Source: an uncultured Atopobium sp.
Lineage (GTDB): Bacteria > Actinomycetota > Coriobacteriia > Coriobacteriales > Atopobiaceae
Assembly: GCA_964512475.1 (NCBI GenBank)
Contig: CAZEHG010000001.1
Coordinates: 1-38,034 of the forward strand
Reading direction: 5' to 3'
Length of the DNA stretch: 38,034 nt
In this document: in pieces, positions 28,240-37,062 of the stretch
Position numbering within the stretch: position 1 is the stretch's first letter
How the letters are laid out: the number at the start of each line of letters is the position of its first letter
Notes under the pieces: model-generated
What the model saw: only the letters and a program-made list of their open reading frames with translations
What the model was told of the DNA's origin: nothing
The model's database searches: none
Position numbers and translations under genes: made by a program

Positions 28240-29256
28240 ATGACTAGGTCCTCGCTCTGCACCTACAGCAACATCACGTCGAACCACAGCAACGGGCGCG
28301 GCGGCAACGGCGTCTGCAAGATCACGCCGCACTACATGTGCGCCAAGTGGTCCGGCCGCCAGTGCGCCGACTACTTCGCGCAGACGGCGCGGCAGGCGTC
28401 CTCCAACTATTGCATCGGCTACGACGGCGACATCGCTATGTCGGTCGATGAGGATGACCGCGCCTGGACCTCCAGCTCTGGCTGGAACGACCGACAGGCG
28501 ATCACCATCGAGTGCGCCAACAACTCGGACAGCTCGCTGCCGGACGCTACCTACCAGGCGCTCGTGAGCCTCTGCGCCGACGTCTGCAACCGCTACGGCA
28601 TCGAGCCGAGCTACGACGGCACCCGGAACGCCACCTTCACCGAGCACCGCATGTTCGCGTCGACGGATTGTCCCGGCGCGTGGCTGCACTCCCATATGTC
28701 GCAGCTCGTGGCCGACGTCAAGACCGCCATGGGCGGCGGTTCCGTGTCAGCGCCAGCCAGCTCCGGCGAGTCCGCCGGCGGCGAGGAGGGCGCGGGCTTC
28801 GGCGGCTCCTACCGCGTGGCCTGCGACGAGCTGAACGTCCGCCACGCGCCGGGACTCTCGGGCGCTATCTCAGGCGTGCTGACCGAGGGTGACACCGTCG
28901 TCCTGGACGACTGGTATACCGAGGCCGACGGCGGCACGTGGGGACGGTACACCGGCTACTCTGGCCGAACGCTCTACGTCTGCGTCAAGTTTAACGGCGT
29001 GGCGCTCGCCGAGAAGGGCTACACGTACAGCCTCCCGGCGGGGGAGTACACGTTCCGCTACGCGATGAACGTCCGCTCCGCGCCCTCCACCGACGCTGAC
29101 ATCGTGGCTTCCTACGCCGCCGGGCAGTCCGTCACGATCGACGCGACCGAGACCAGGAACGGCTACGTGTGGGGCAGCTACACCGGGGCTTCCTCGGGCC
29201 TCACGCGATACGTGGCCCTCGCCACCGCCGACGGCGCGGAGAAGTACGTGTACTAA
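28240..29256 (+). CDS. Endolysin: N-acetylmuramoyl-L-alanine amidase (Amidase_2) with two SH3-like domains
   Basis: ITPHYM...ASSNY...AWT...ITIECAN...EHRMFASTDCPG, then LNVRHAPG and MNVRSAPS. Confidence 0.92.
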   Translation: MTRSSLCTYSNITSNHSNGRGGNGVCKITPHYMCAKWSGRQCADYFAQTARQASSNYCIGYDGDIAMSVDEDDRAWTSSSGWNDRQAITIECANNSDSSLPDATYQALVSLCADVCNRYGIEPSYDGTRNATFTEHRMFASTDCPGAWLHSHMSQLVADVKTAMGGGSVSAPASSGESAGGEEGAGFGGSYRVACDELNVRHAPGLSGAISGVLTEGDTVVLDDWYTEADGGTWGRYTGYSGRTLYVCVKFNGVALAEKGYTYSLPAGEYTFRYAMNVRSAPSTDADIVASYAAGQSVTIDATETRNGYVWGSYTGASSGLTRYVALATADGAEKYVY

Positions 29257-29315
29257 GCGACACACGGCGCATACCGCGCGGCCTCTCGCAGACGCTCAAC
29301 TGCGCGGTCTTCCTC

Positions 29316-29351
29316 ACCCCCTCTCCGCTACGGCGGGGAGGGGCTTTTTTG
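29316..29351 (+). terminator. Intrinsic terminator
   Basis: cccctctccgc-tacg-gcggggagggg followed by a T-run. Confidence 0.85.
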
Positions 29352-29369
29352 CGTTAACGCGCGGCTCTT

Positions 29370-29560
29370 TGCCGGTCCCTAACGTGTCCCAAATCGCTCG
29401 TCTAGCGCGGTCTTCCACGGTCTTCCGCGGAAATAAAACCCTGCTAGACGGTGCTGCACGGTCTTCCACGGAACTATCTAACAGTTCATGGAGGACTAAG
29501 GACTAGGCCTTCTACCTGCGGAAACGTGTTCTGGATGTCCTAATTGGTCCTTATCATCCG
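29370..29560. other. Candidate attP region
   Basis: Arm-like GTCC(C/T)(T/A)A(A/T) pairs at 29375/29386 and 29537/29547, cggtcttcc repeats at 29408/29418/29459, adjacent to the integrase 3' end. Confidence 0.65.
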
Positions 29561-30716
29561 GGACTTCGCGCGCCTCTCGCATAAAAGGCTTAACCGCGAA
29601 CGCATGGCCCACCGCCTGGACGAACATCCGGGCGGTGGGCTTGTCGTAGTGCTCGCCCGTCACGCCCGGCAAGGCGTGGCCCATCATCTGCTCCACCTTC
29701 GAGCGGTCGACCTCCATATCCCAGCGCATGAACGTCTCCCAGGAACGGCGCGCTGCGCGGGGCTGTTTCACCGGCACGCCCGCGCGCTCGACGGCGCGCG
29801 CCCACTCGCGGCGGTAGGCGTTCTGGCCCAACGGCTCGCCCAGCCCGTTGTCACAGAGCCACGTCTCGCCGTTCGCCCTCGCGGCCTCGGCGATCTCCCA
29901 GAGCCTATCGCCCCACGGCGGCGGGATGACCAGCGCCCGCACGCTCTGGGGGTTCTTAAGCGCCCCGTCGGCGCTCACGGACGCGTCTGAGCGCACCTGC
30001 CGCACGCACTGCGCCACGGTGACTTGCACGCCCTCGTGCTCGTCCCTCGTGACCTCAGAGAGCTTCACGCCGAGGGACTCGCCCGTGCGGGCGCTGCCGA
30101 ACATTGAGAGGATCATAGCCGCCTCGCAAGGGCTGCCGTGCGCGGCCTGCGCTATCCGGTCAAGCTCGTCCAAGGTGTAGGCGCCGTCTTTCCAATCGGC
30201 GTGCTCTTGAGGCATTTTGTACGGCCTGCGGGCGATGTTCTCTCCGATAAGCCCGTACAGCTGGCAAGAGTCGAGGATCTGGCGCAGCATCGCCAATGAG
30301 TCGCTTGCGGGCTTCTTCGTCATGGTGAGAAGCCACTCCTGCACGTCCAGAGGGTCTATCTCGTTGACCTTCACGTCCGCCCATCGCGGCCCCACATAGA
30401 GCCGCCATTTGCTCAAGCGGCACTTGTGGGTGCTCCTGGCGAGCACGCCACGCTCTAGGCGCTCCTGGGCATCGGTCAACCACCATTTCTCATACGCCTC
30501 GCCCACGGTGGGCACGTGGCGCAGCCTGTGCCGCGCGTTCTCGTCCAGTCCCGCGCGGATCTCTGCCATAGCCCTCTCAGCTTCCCTACGGGTCCCGCGC
30601 ACGATTCTGGAGCGCCTGCGGTACTCCCCGGCGATCTCCTCCCACCACCGAAGGCGATAGCGGTTCGTGCCAAGGCGCTGGACGCAACCGAAGGACGAGC
30701 GCATCTTGCGGGGCAT
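29496..30716 (-). CDS. int: Tyrosine integrase
   Basis: AGGAGG RBS before ATG30716. Catalytic R (ARTGE), K (LKN), RAARR, MGH and Y (EHY). Confidence 0.9.
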   Translation of the reverse strand: MPRKMRSSFGCVQRLGTNRYRLRWWEEIAGEYRRRSRIVRGTRREAERAMAEIRAGLDENARHRLRHVPTVGEAYEKWWLTDAQERLERGVLARSTHKCRLSKWRLYVGPRWADVKVNEIDPLDVQEWLLTMTKKPASDSLAMLRQILDSCQLYGLIGENIARRPYKMPQEHADWKDGAYTLDELDRIAQAAHGSPCEAAMILSMFGSARTGESLGVKLSEVTRDEHEGVQVTVAQCVRQVRSDASVSADGALKNPQSVRALVIPPPWGDRLWEIAEAARANGETWLCDNGLGEPLGQNAYRREWARAVERAGVPVKQPRAARRSWETFMRWDMEVDRSKVEQMMGHALPGVTGEHYDKPTARMFVQAVGHAFAVKPFMREAREVPDDKDQLGHPEHVSAGRRPSP

Positions 30717-30794
30717 GGGCGGCCTCCTGTCGTGGATATTCGTGAAGTCACGAAAATGGGCTTTTAACTGGGGTTTATTGGTATGGCTAGATAG

Positions 30795-30819
30795 GTTTAT
30801 CCGGTTATTCCGGATAAAC
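30795..30819. promoter_or_regulatory. Operator-like palindrome upstream of integrase
   Basis: gtttatccgg-ttatt-ccggataaac, a perfect 10-bp inverted repeat in an AT-rich intergenic region. Confidence 0.6.
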
Positions 30820-30856
30820 TTGGGGAGCTGTTTCGTTTTCTGCAACAACTGCTCGC

Positions 30857-31750
30857 TTAGAAAAGCCTCTGGTCTTGCGGCGCGCAGACCACGTCGTGGA
30901 CCTTCACGACGCGGTAACGCTCTATCTGCCAGACGCCGATGGAGTTCAGGCGTCTGTAGACCTCGAGGTCGGCGCGTATCCAGTCGCCGATGCCGAAAGA
31001 CCACTCGTGCCGCTCAAGCTTGCCGAAGAACTCGGTATCGGCGACGGTGCTCGAGATCTGCGCGCCGCGCCAGAAGAAGCGCCACATGCGGCCACTCTGC
31101 GCCTCAAGCACCGGGCGGCTCACCGCCAACATCTGGTCCTCAAGAAGCTCGCACTTGAGGTCGGCGGTCTCGCAGGACGGCGCGTCGGCAATGTCCTCGA
31201 AGTCCTCCTCAGGTACCTCAAGCGCGTCCGCGCCCTCACCGACGGCGATGGTCACGCCGGTAAGGCTGTCGTTGTCGGCGAGGCTCTTGAACATGTCCGT
31301 GGCCGCCTTCGTCGCGGCCGCGCTCGCGCCGACCTTCACCGTGAGGTTGGTCACGTTGATGGTCTTGGCGTTCTCGGCCACGATCACGCTCTGGTCGCCC
31401 TCGCGCCGAACCTCCCTGGGCGCGCCGTTCTTGCCGAGGAACTTGCGCAGCTCAAGGTACTCCTTGGTGACGCTCAGCGCGGTCGCAAGGCCTGACCCCG
31501 CCTGTGTGATGCTCGTGAGGATGCCGGGCAGGTCGCGCGCGACGGCGCTTAAGACGGCTTCCACGCATCCAGGGCGAATGTCGCGGATGTTGACCTCTAT
31601 GTCCGTCCCGGCGTCGATGGCCTGCGCCGTGGCCTGGACCAGGCGGGCGTAGCCTAGCACCGACTTGGCGAACGTCTCGACGGAGATCTCCTCGAAGTCG
31701 CCGTCGAACTTGAAAACGATCTTCTCGCGCTCCATGACAAGGCCTTTCAT
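30857..31750 (-). CDS. Lysogeny-module hypothetical protein (297 aa)
   Basis: AGGAGGT RBS before ATG31750, lies between repressor and integrase. Confidence 0.75.
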   Translation of the reverse strand: MKGLVMEREKIVFKFDGDFEEISVETFAKSVLGYARLVQATAQAIDAGTDIEVNIRDIRPGCVEAVLSAVARDLPGILTSITQAGSGLATALSVTKEYLELRKFLGKNGAPREVRREGDQSVIVAENAKTINVTNLTVKVGASAAATKAATDMFKSLADNDSLTGVTIAVGEGADALEVPEEDFEDIADAPSCETADLKCELLEDQMLAVSRPVLEAQSGRMWRFFWRGAQISSTVADTEFFGKLERHEWSFGIGDWIRADLEVYRRLNSIGVWQIERYRVVKVHDVVCAPQDQRLF

Positions 31751-31816
31751 GCGGCCCACCTCCTCTGTTGGAGATGGTAAACCAAACACCGTCCGTCCCT
31801 CGAAACCTACGGGTTA

Positions 31817-32161
31817 TCAGGCATGGAGCACCCCCCCCCCCGACTTTTCGGCGGGCTGGAGAGGGAACTGGTCGGCAAGCGCGTCGCTCGTGGCCACCAG
31901 GGCGGCGCGGCCCTCGGGGGCCATGCGGCGCATGTTGCGCACCAGGCGCGGGTCTGCGTTGCCGGGCGCGCCGTCGCGGCCCGCGAGCTCGTCCAGGGTG
32001 CAGTTGAGGACGTTGGCCACAGCACAGGCATCCTCGACGGTCAACGCCGTCTCTCCTGTCTCCCAGGAGCTGACAACGCGCTGGGTCGCGCCGACCCTTT
32101 TGGCCAGCTCCGTCTGATTGAGTCCGGCCTTCTTCCGTAGCTGCTTGAGCTGGAGATTCAT
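31817..32161 (-). CDS. XRE-family repressor (cI-like)
   Basis: LKQLRKKAGLNQTELAKRVG...VSSWETG, divergent from the cro-like gene. Confidence 0.9.
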   Translation of the reverse strand: MNLQLKQLRKKAGLNQTELAKRVGATQRVVSSWETGETALTVEDACAVANVLNCTLDELAGRDGAPGNADPRLVRNMRRMAPEGRAALVATSDALADQFPLQPAEKSGGGVLHA

Positions 32162-32164
32162 CAC

Positions 32165-32310
32165 GTCCCCCTGTCCTCTCTTACTTTCGTACTCGTGATT
32201 ATCGCAAAAAAATACGGATATTCGCTAAAAAGTTGTGGACATATCCAAACCCCGTGTATACAATGAAAGCCGTAAACGTAATCCGTATAACGAATCGAGG
32301 TGATAGCGGA
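32165..32310. promoter_or_regulatory. Divergent lysis/lysogeny switch
   Basis: -35 TGGACA (32236) + 17 nt + -10 TACAAT (32259), and inverted atacggat (32212) / atccgtat (32281). Confidence 0.7.
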
Positions 32311-32529
32311 ATGGAGTACGACGGCGTGTATCTGTCGCGCGTGATGAAGTCCAAACGCGCTGCGCTTGGATGGACTCAAGCCGACCTCGCTTCGGCATCC
32401 GGCGTCTCTGCCGGGGTCATAGCCGATTACGAGCGGGGCGCGACTAAGCCACAGTTCCCAACGCTTGTGAAGCTCGCTGATGCACTCAACTGCCCGACTG
32501 ACGCATTTGTTCGCAAGAAGACCGACTAG
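32311..32529 (+). CDS. Cro-like XRE regulator
   Basis: KRAALGWTQADLASASGVS...YERGATKP, GAGGTG RBS. Confidence 0.9.
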   Translation: MEYDGVYLSRVMKSKRAALGWTQADLASASGVSAGVIADYERGATKPQFPTLVKLADALNCPTDAFVRKKTD

Positions 32530-32543
32530 AAAGGAGTGTTCCG

Positions 32544-33347
32544 ATGAATGACATTCAGATTTTCGACAATGCCGAATTCGGCACTATTCGTGCTGTCCTG
32601 GGAAACGACGGCGAGCCGGTGCTTGTTGCCAAGGACGTTGCTCTGAAGCTTGGCTATGAGACGGCTGCGCACATGACTCGTCTTCTTGATGATGACGAAA
32701 AGGGTATTCAGATTCTGGACACCCCTGGCGGCTCCCAACAGTTGTCGGTCATCACCGAAGCCGGCTTCTACCGCGCCGTGATGACCCGCCGCTCGAAGTT
32801 CGTCAAGGACGAGGCGGCGAAGGAAACGGTTATCCGTTTTCAGCGTTGGGTCACGCACGAGGTGCTCCCCGCGCTACGCGCCAAGGGCACCTACACCGCG
32901 CCCATGACCCGCGAGCAGCGCGTCCGCGCCGCTCTCGCCGAGTCCAACGCAATCATCGTTGAGCTGGACGGCGAGAACCGCGCCCTCAGGGCCGAGAACG
33001 CAGAGCTGCGCCCCAAGGCCCTGTTCGCCGACGCGGTGGCCGCCTCCGACGGCACGTGCCTCGTCGGAGAGCTGGCAAAGATGATGCGCCAGAACGGCGT
33101 AGAGATCGGCCAGAACCGCCTGTTCGAGCGCCTGCGCGCCGACGGATACCTCGGCAACGTCGGGAGCAACAAGAACGTCCCGACCCAGCGCGCGATGGAT
33201 ATGGGCCTGTTCCGCATCAAGGAGACCGTCGTCGTCCACAGCGACGGGCACCAGACCACAAGCCGGACGCCAAAGGTAACCGGCAAGGGTCAGCAGTACT
33301 TCATGGGCCGCTACGGCGGCGGGAGCAAGCAGCTCACCTGCGCCTAA
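32544..33347 (+). CDS. Antirepressor (Bro-N + ANT/KilAC)
   Basis: FDNAEFGTIR...FQRWVTHEVLPALR, then PKALFADAV...GQNRLF...TPKVTGKGQ. Confidence 0.93.
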   Translation: MNDIQIFDNAEFGTIRAVLGNDGEPVLVAKDVALKLGYETAAHMTRLLDDDEKGIQILDTPGGSQQLSVITEAGFYRAVMTRRSKFVKDEAAKETVIRFQRWVTHEVLPALRAKGTYTAPMTREQRVRAALAESNAIIVELDGENRALRAENAELRPKALFADAVAASDGTCLVGELAKMMRQNGVEIGQNRLFERLRADGYLGNVGSNKNVPTQRAMDMGLFRIKETVVVHSDGHQTTSRTPKVTGKGQQYFMGRYGGGSKQLTCA

Positions 33348-33379
33348 CACCACTTGCAACAACCCATGCACCAACCGAC

Positions 33380-33785
33380 CTCCGCGAGGGGGCCTCGGCG
33401 GAGCCTTGCGCTCCAACGTAACTTGAGAACTGGATGGCCGATGTTCCTGGCCGAAAAGGAACGAGTTAAACCCGATGCACCCCGCGCGGGGCTCTGCGTG
33501 TGCGCGTGACTCCTCTCACAGCGGGACCCCCATACCGCCCCACGCCATGCGGGGCGGGCTTGCACAAACCATTGCACCAAGCCCTAGACGCGAAACGGCA
33601 GGGCCGGCGTTTCGTTCATTCGCCGAGCCGTGCGCAGAGCCCCTCGCGGGGCGCATCGGTCGTGAGCGTGCCACAGTGCCGCCTAGCCGCGGATTCCTTT
33701 AAAAACAGGAGTCTCCGCTCAATCTTCTTCTGCGGCTAGGCGGCGCTGCGTCGCGCTCATGGTTCGGCCCGGGCGCGCCCGGGAT
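33380..33785 (+). ncRNA. Putative large structured RNA
   Basis: 29-bp stem 33472-33500/33631-33659 and 20-bp stem 33674-33693/33729-33748 with G-U pairs. No credible ORF. Confidence 0.6.
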
Positions 33786-33826
33786 TGATTTAAAAGTCAA
33801 GAACGCCCGACCGAAAGGAGACGGCA

Positions 33827-33997
33827 ATGATCAAGCACATCCAGGGGCTGGCCCTCGCGCTGACCGTCTGCGGCTTTATCCCGGCGCTCGTCGCCGGGGC
33901 CGCGCTCTCGTGCGACACGGTGCTCGACGCCGCGCCGTGGCTCATCGCCGCCCTCGCCGGCGCGGGCGTCGCAAAGGTTTGGAGGATGGCATGCTGA
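33827..33997 (+). CDS. Small membrane protein (56 aa)
   Basis: AAGGAG RBS, two hydrophobic segments. Confidence 0.65.
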   Translation: MIKHIQGLALALTVCGFIPALVAGAALSCDTVLDAAPWLIAALAGAGVAKVWRMAC

Positions 33998-34218
33998 GCG
34001 AGTACACCACGCTCGCGGACTTCTGCGAGGCAGCGGGCGAGCCGATGAAGGCGAGCTACAGGATTAAGCAGCTCGCCGACCTAATCGACGTTGACGCCGA
34101 TGTGCTCTACGAGGAGGTGGACGCCGGGCGGCTTGCCGCCCGCCTGCCGCGCGGACATGAGCGCGGCCTGCGCGTCCTCGCGTCCGAGGCCAACAGGTGG
34201 CTGGAGGCGGAGTGGTGA
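33991..34218 (+). CDS. Excisionase-like HTH protein
   Basis: GGAGG RBS, YRIKQLADLIDV...LYEEVDAGRL...RV...W is HTH_17-like. Confidence 0.65.
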   Translation: MLSEYTTLADFCEAAGEPMKASYRIKQLADLIDVDADVLYEEVDAGRLAARLPRGHERGLRVLASEANRWLEAEW

Positions 34219-34451
34219 TGCAGCGCGGCAGCTCTTCGATGACGGTCGCGGAGCTGCGCGCCTACTGCGAGCAGACCGGCCAGCCCATGCCCGCCCTCGC
34301 GCCCAAGAAGAAGGGGCCGCACGCCAAGGTGGCGCTCGACCTCGGAACGGCAGTCATAACGGTCGAGTGCGAGCCGGCCGACCGCGCGAGGTGGCGCGGG
34401 TGGCTCAACAAAATCAAGGAGAGCCGCGGCGGCCACATCGTCGAATGGTAA
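34218..34451 (+). CDS. Hypothetical protein
   Basis: TGATG overlap with the upstream gene. Confidence 0.6.
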   Translation: MQRGSSSMTVAELRAYCEQTGQPMPALAPKKKGPHAKVALDLGTAVITVECEPADRARWRGWLNKIKESRGGHIVEW

Positions 34452-34463
34452 GGAGTTTTCACA

Positions 34464-34925
34464 ATGGGATTCACGATCAACAGGTGCGTGGTCTCCGGCA
34501 ACCTCTGCAAGGACCCGGAGCTCAGGCAGACGCCGGGCGGCACGGAGATCCTCTCGATGAGGGTCGCCGTGAACGAGCGCGTGAAGCGCGGCGAGGAGTG
34601 GGTCGACGCGCCGAGCTTCCTCGACGTCGTCGTGTTCGGCGGGCTCGCCTCCGCCCTCGCGCGCGACCTGCGCAAGGGGTCGGGCGTGGCCGTCTCGGGG
34701 CGCATCAAGCAGCGTTCCTGGGAGGGCGACGACGGGCAGAGGCGCTACCGCGTCGAGATCGTCGGCGAGGACGTCGTCAGGCTCGCGGGCAAGCCCCAGG
34801 CGGCGCCGGCGCGCCCGGCGGAGCGGCCCATGGCCCCGCAGGATGCGGCAGCCTACATGGGGGCGCAGGTCATGCCCCCGATCCCGGCCGCGCCGGACGT
34901 CTACGACGAGGACATCCCCTTCTGA
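34464..34925 (+). CDS. ssb: Single-stranded DNA-binding protein
   Basis: INRCVVSGNLCKDPELRQT...KGSGVAVSGRI, acidic tail DEDIPF. Confidence 0.97.
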   Translation: MGFTINRCVVSGNLCKDPELRQTPGGTEILSMRVAVNERVKRGEEWVDAPSFLDVVVFGGLASALARDLRKGSGVAVSGRIKQRSWEGDDGQRRYRVEIVGEDVVRLAGKPQAAPARPAERPMAPQDAAAYMGAQVMPPIPAAPDVYDEDIPF

Positions 34926-35091
34926 TGGGCGCGGCGAGAGGCGCCCTGCCGGCTGTGTCCTGCGACGGGTGCCGGCACTGCCTTTTCCCGGCCCGCACGT
35001 GCGCCCTCGCGCCCCTCTCCAGGTGCCCCGCCGAGAAGCCGCTCGGGTGCCTCTACTACGTGCCGCGTGCAGGCGAGGGAGGTGACGCGCC

Positions 35092-35487
35092 GTGGGAAGG
35101 GGCTACTACTGGTTCAAGCTCGACCTCGACATGCTCCAGGACCCGAAGGTGGCCAGGGTCGTCGACGAGTACGGTGCCGAGGGCATCGGCGTGTGGGTCG
35201 CGGCAATGATCGTGATGCACGGCGCCGTCAACGACGGGGAGCCTAACGTGCCTGTCGAAAGGCTCATCCGCAGGGTGGCCGCACAGTCGAATTTGACCAA
35301 AAATCGAGCAAAAAAAGTTCTTTTTTCTTGCAAAAACGCCGGGCTTTTTGACCAGGAAATGTGGGACGAGGGCAAGGCCGTGAACGAGCGCGTAGCGCAA
35401 AGATACCTCGACTACCAGCGGCGATGCGAGCAGCTGGAAGCCGCCCGGGCCAAGAAAAGGGCCTCTGATAACAGGCCTGATGACTAA
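35092..35487 (+). CDS. Replication initiator N-terminal domain (replisome-organizer/DUF4373-like)
   Basis: YYWFKLDLDMLQDPKV...YGAEGIGVW, follows ssb. Confidence 0.7.
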   Translation: MGRGYYWFKLDLDMLQDPKVARVVDEYGAEGIGVWVAAMIVMHGAVNDGEPNVPVERLIRRVAAQSNLTKNRAKKVLFSCKNAGLFDQEMWDEGKAVNERVAQRYLDYQRRCEQLEAARAKKRASDNRPDD

Positions 35488-35583
35488 CCGGAGAGTATAG
35501 AGATAGAGATAGATAAATACTCTCCCCCTTACTTGTTAGTACATAAATGTTGAAATGTTGAAAACCCGGCCGCGAGCGTTCGC

Positions 35584-35827
35584 GCAACGGCGACGCATGC
35601 CCCCGCCTCGCGTCGGCGCAGCGCAGGACGGCGATGCATGGCTTGGCATAGAACACGGCATCGACGCGAGGGCTCTGCACAGGACGGAGTGAACAGGCCG
35701 CGACGGCTCTGCACCGCACGTATAGGCACCGCAACGGATCAGCTGAGCAAGGATTGGAATGGGATGAGCGAAGGAATCGCAAGGCAACACCAGACCGCGA
35801 ACGGCGACGGCGCATGGGCGAGGCGCC
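35584..35827 (+). repeat. Second, more degenerate G[C/A]NNN pentamer array
   Basis: gcaac g gcgac gcatg ... gcgat gcatg gcttg gcata gaaca ... gcacc gcaac g gatca gctga gcaag gattg gaatg g gatga gcgaa g gaatc gcaag gcaac. Confidence 0.7.
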
Positions 35828-36970
35828 ATGTCTAGCGTCAGGGTGTGGAGGGACGGGTCGGCTTGGCGGGCGCGGGTCACGCTCGACACGTCGGCCGCGA
35901 CGGGGAAGAGGACGTGGTTCCAGAGGTCCTTCCCCGGCTCGCTCACCGAGCGCGAGGCGAGGGAGAAGGCGGACAGGTGGCTCGCCTCGTTCCAAGGCGA
36001 GTCGGTGTCGGCCATGCTCTCGGCCTTCGCCGACTCGGTCGAGTCGCTGGGCGCGCCCGGCGGCAAGGGGCCGAGGGCGAACACAGCGCACATGTACCGC
36101 TCGATGGCGCGCGGCTGGGCCGAGGTCCTGCCGGACAAGCCCGCCGACAAGGTGACGCAGAGGGACGTCCTGGACGCTGAGCGCAGGCTCATCTCGTCCG
36201 GCCGCGCGCCCTCGACCGTGAACGCCTACTTCCAGTTCCTCTCGTCGGCGTACGGGTGGGCGGTCGACTGCGGGATCGTCGAGTCCTCCCCGACGGCAGG
36301 CGCGGCCCACCCGACCGAGCCCGTCGGCGGCTGCGAGGAGAGGGCGTACACGCTCGCGGAGGCGCGCGCGATCCTCGCGTGGATGCGCTCGACCTCTCGC
36401 TTGCCCGATGCGCCGGCATGGGACCGCGAGGCGGCCCTGGCCGTGATCGTCATGCTCGACACCGGGATGCGGCTCGGCGAGGCGCTCGCGCTGCGCTCGT
36501 GCGACCTCAGGGTCTCGCCGCCCGCGCTCTGCGTGCGTGGCACCGTGACGGAGCGCGGCAAGCTCGTGAGGCAGCCCACGCCCAAGAGGGGCGAGGCCCG
36601 CAACGTGTCCATCTCCACGGCGCTCCTGGACCTCCTAACAGCCCACAGGGGCGCTAGAGCGCCCCAGGATGCCCTCATCGGGGTCGGAGGGGCGCTCACG
36701 AGCCCAGGGCGCGTCAGGAAGCTTCTTAGGCGCTGCTGCGAGGGCCTGGGCATCGAGTACCGGCCGCCGCACGCCCTCAGGCACACCCACGCGACGCTGC
36801 TGATCAACGGCGGGGAGTCGATCGTGGCCGTGCAGCGCCGTCTCGGGCACTCACGGCCCGCCACGACGCTGAACAACTACGCCCACGCCGGCGCCGCCGA
36901 GGACGTCGCCCTCGCCAACGCCTTCTCCGGCTACATGGGGGAGGACGAGGGAGAGGGCGAGCGGGTTTAG
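35828..36970 (+). CDS. Second tyrosine recombinase/integrase
   Basis: Complete catalytic set: GMRLGE, PK, HALRHTHA, LGH, NNY. N-terminal arm-binding-like region. Confidence 0.92.
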   Translation: MSSVRVWRDGSAWRARVTLDTSAATGKRTWFQRSFPGSLTEREAREKADRWLASFQGESVSAMLSAFADSVESLGAPGGKGPRANTAHMYRSMARGWAEVLPDKPADKVTQRDVLDAERRLISSGRAPSTVNAYFQFLSSAYGWAVDCGIVESSPTAGAAHPTEPVGGCEERAYTLAEARAILAWMRSTSRLPDAPAWDREAALAVIVMLDTGMRLGEALALRSCDLRVSPPALCVRGTVTERGKLVRQPTPKRGEARNVSISTALLDLLTAHRGARAPQDALIGVGGALTSPGRVRKLLRRCCEGLGIEYRPPHALRHTHATLLINGGESIVAVQRRLGHSRPATTLNNYAHAGAAEDVALANAFSGYMGEDEGEGERV

Positions 36971-37062
36971 GGGGACGCGGCGCTGTTGCACCTGCGTCGC
37001 ACCTCTCGCCTACGCAAGCCGCCTGAAAAGGCAGCTCGGAAGAGCTTTCCGCGAAGACTTGG

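Noticed and set aside
28191..28247. 18-codon acidic ORF before the endolysin
   Set aside because: Has an RBS but is too short to assign, and may only serve translational coupling.
29496..31004. 502-aa integrase as given in the ORF track
   Set aside because: The upstream 96 codons overlap another gene and an AT-rich leader. The real start is ATG30716 with an AGGAGG RBS.
34925..35209. Cys-rich ORF after ssb
   Set aside because: Plausible TGATG start, but it overlaps the initiator gene by ~118 nt with a nonsense-like tail. Not supportable as a feature.
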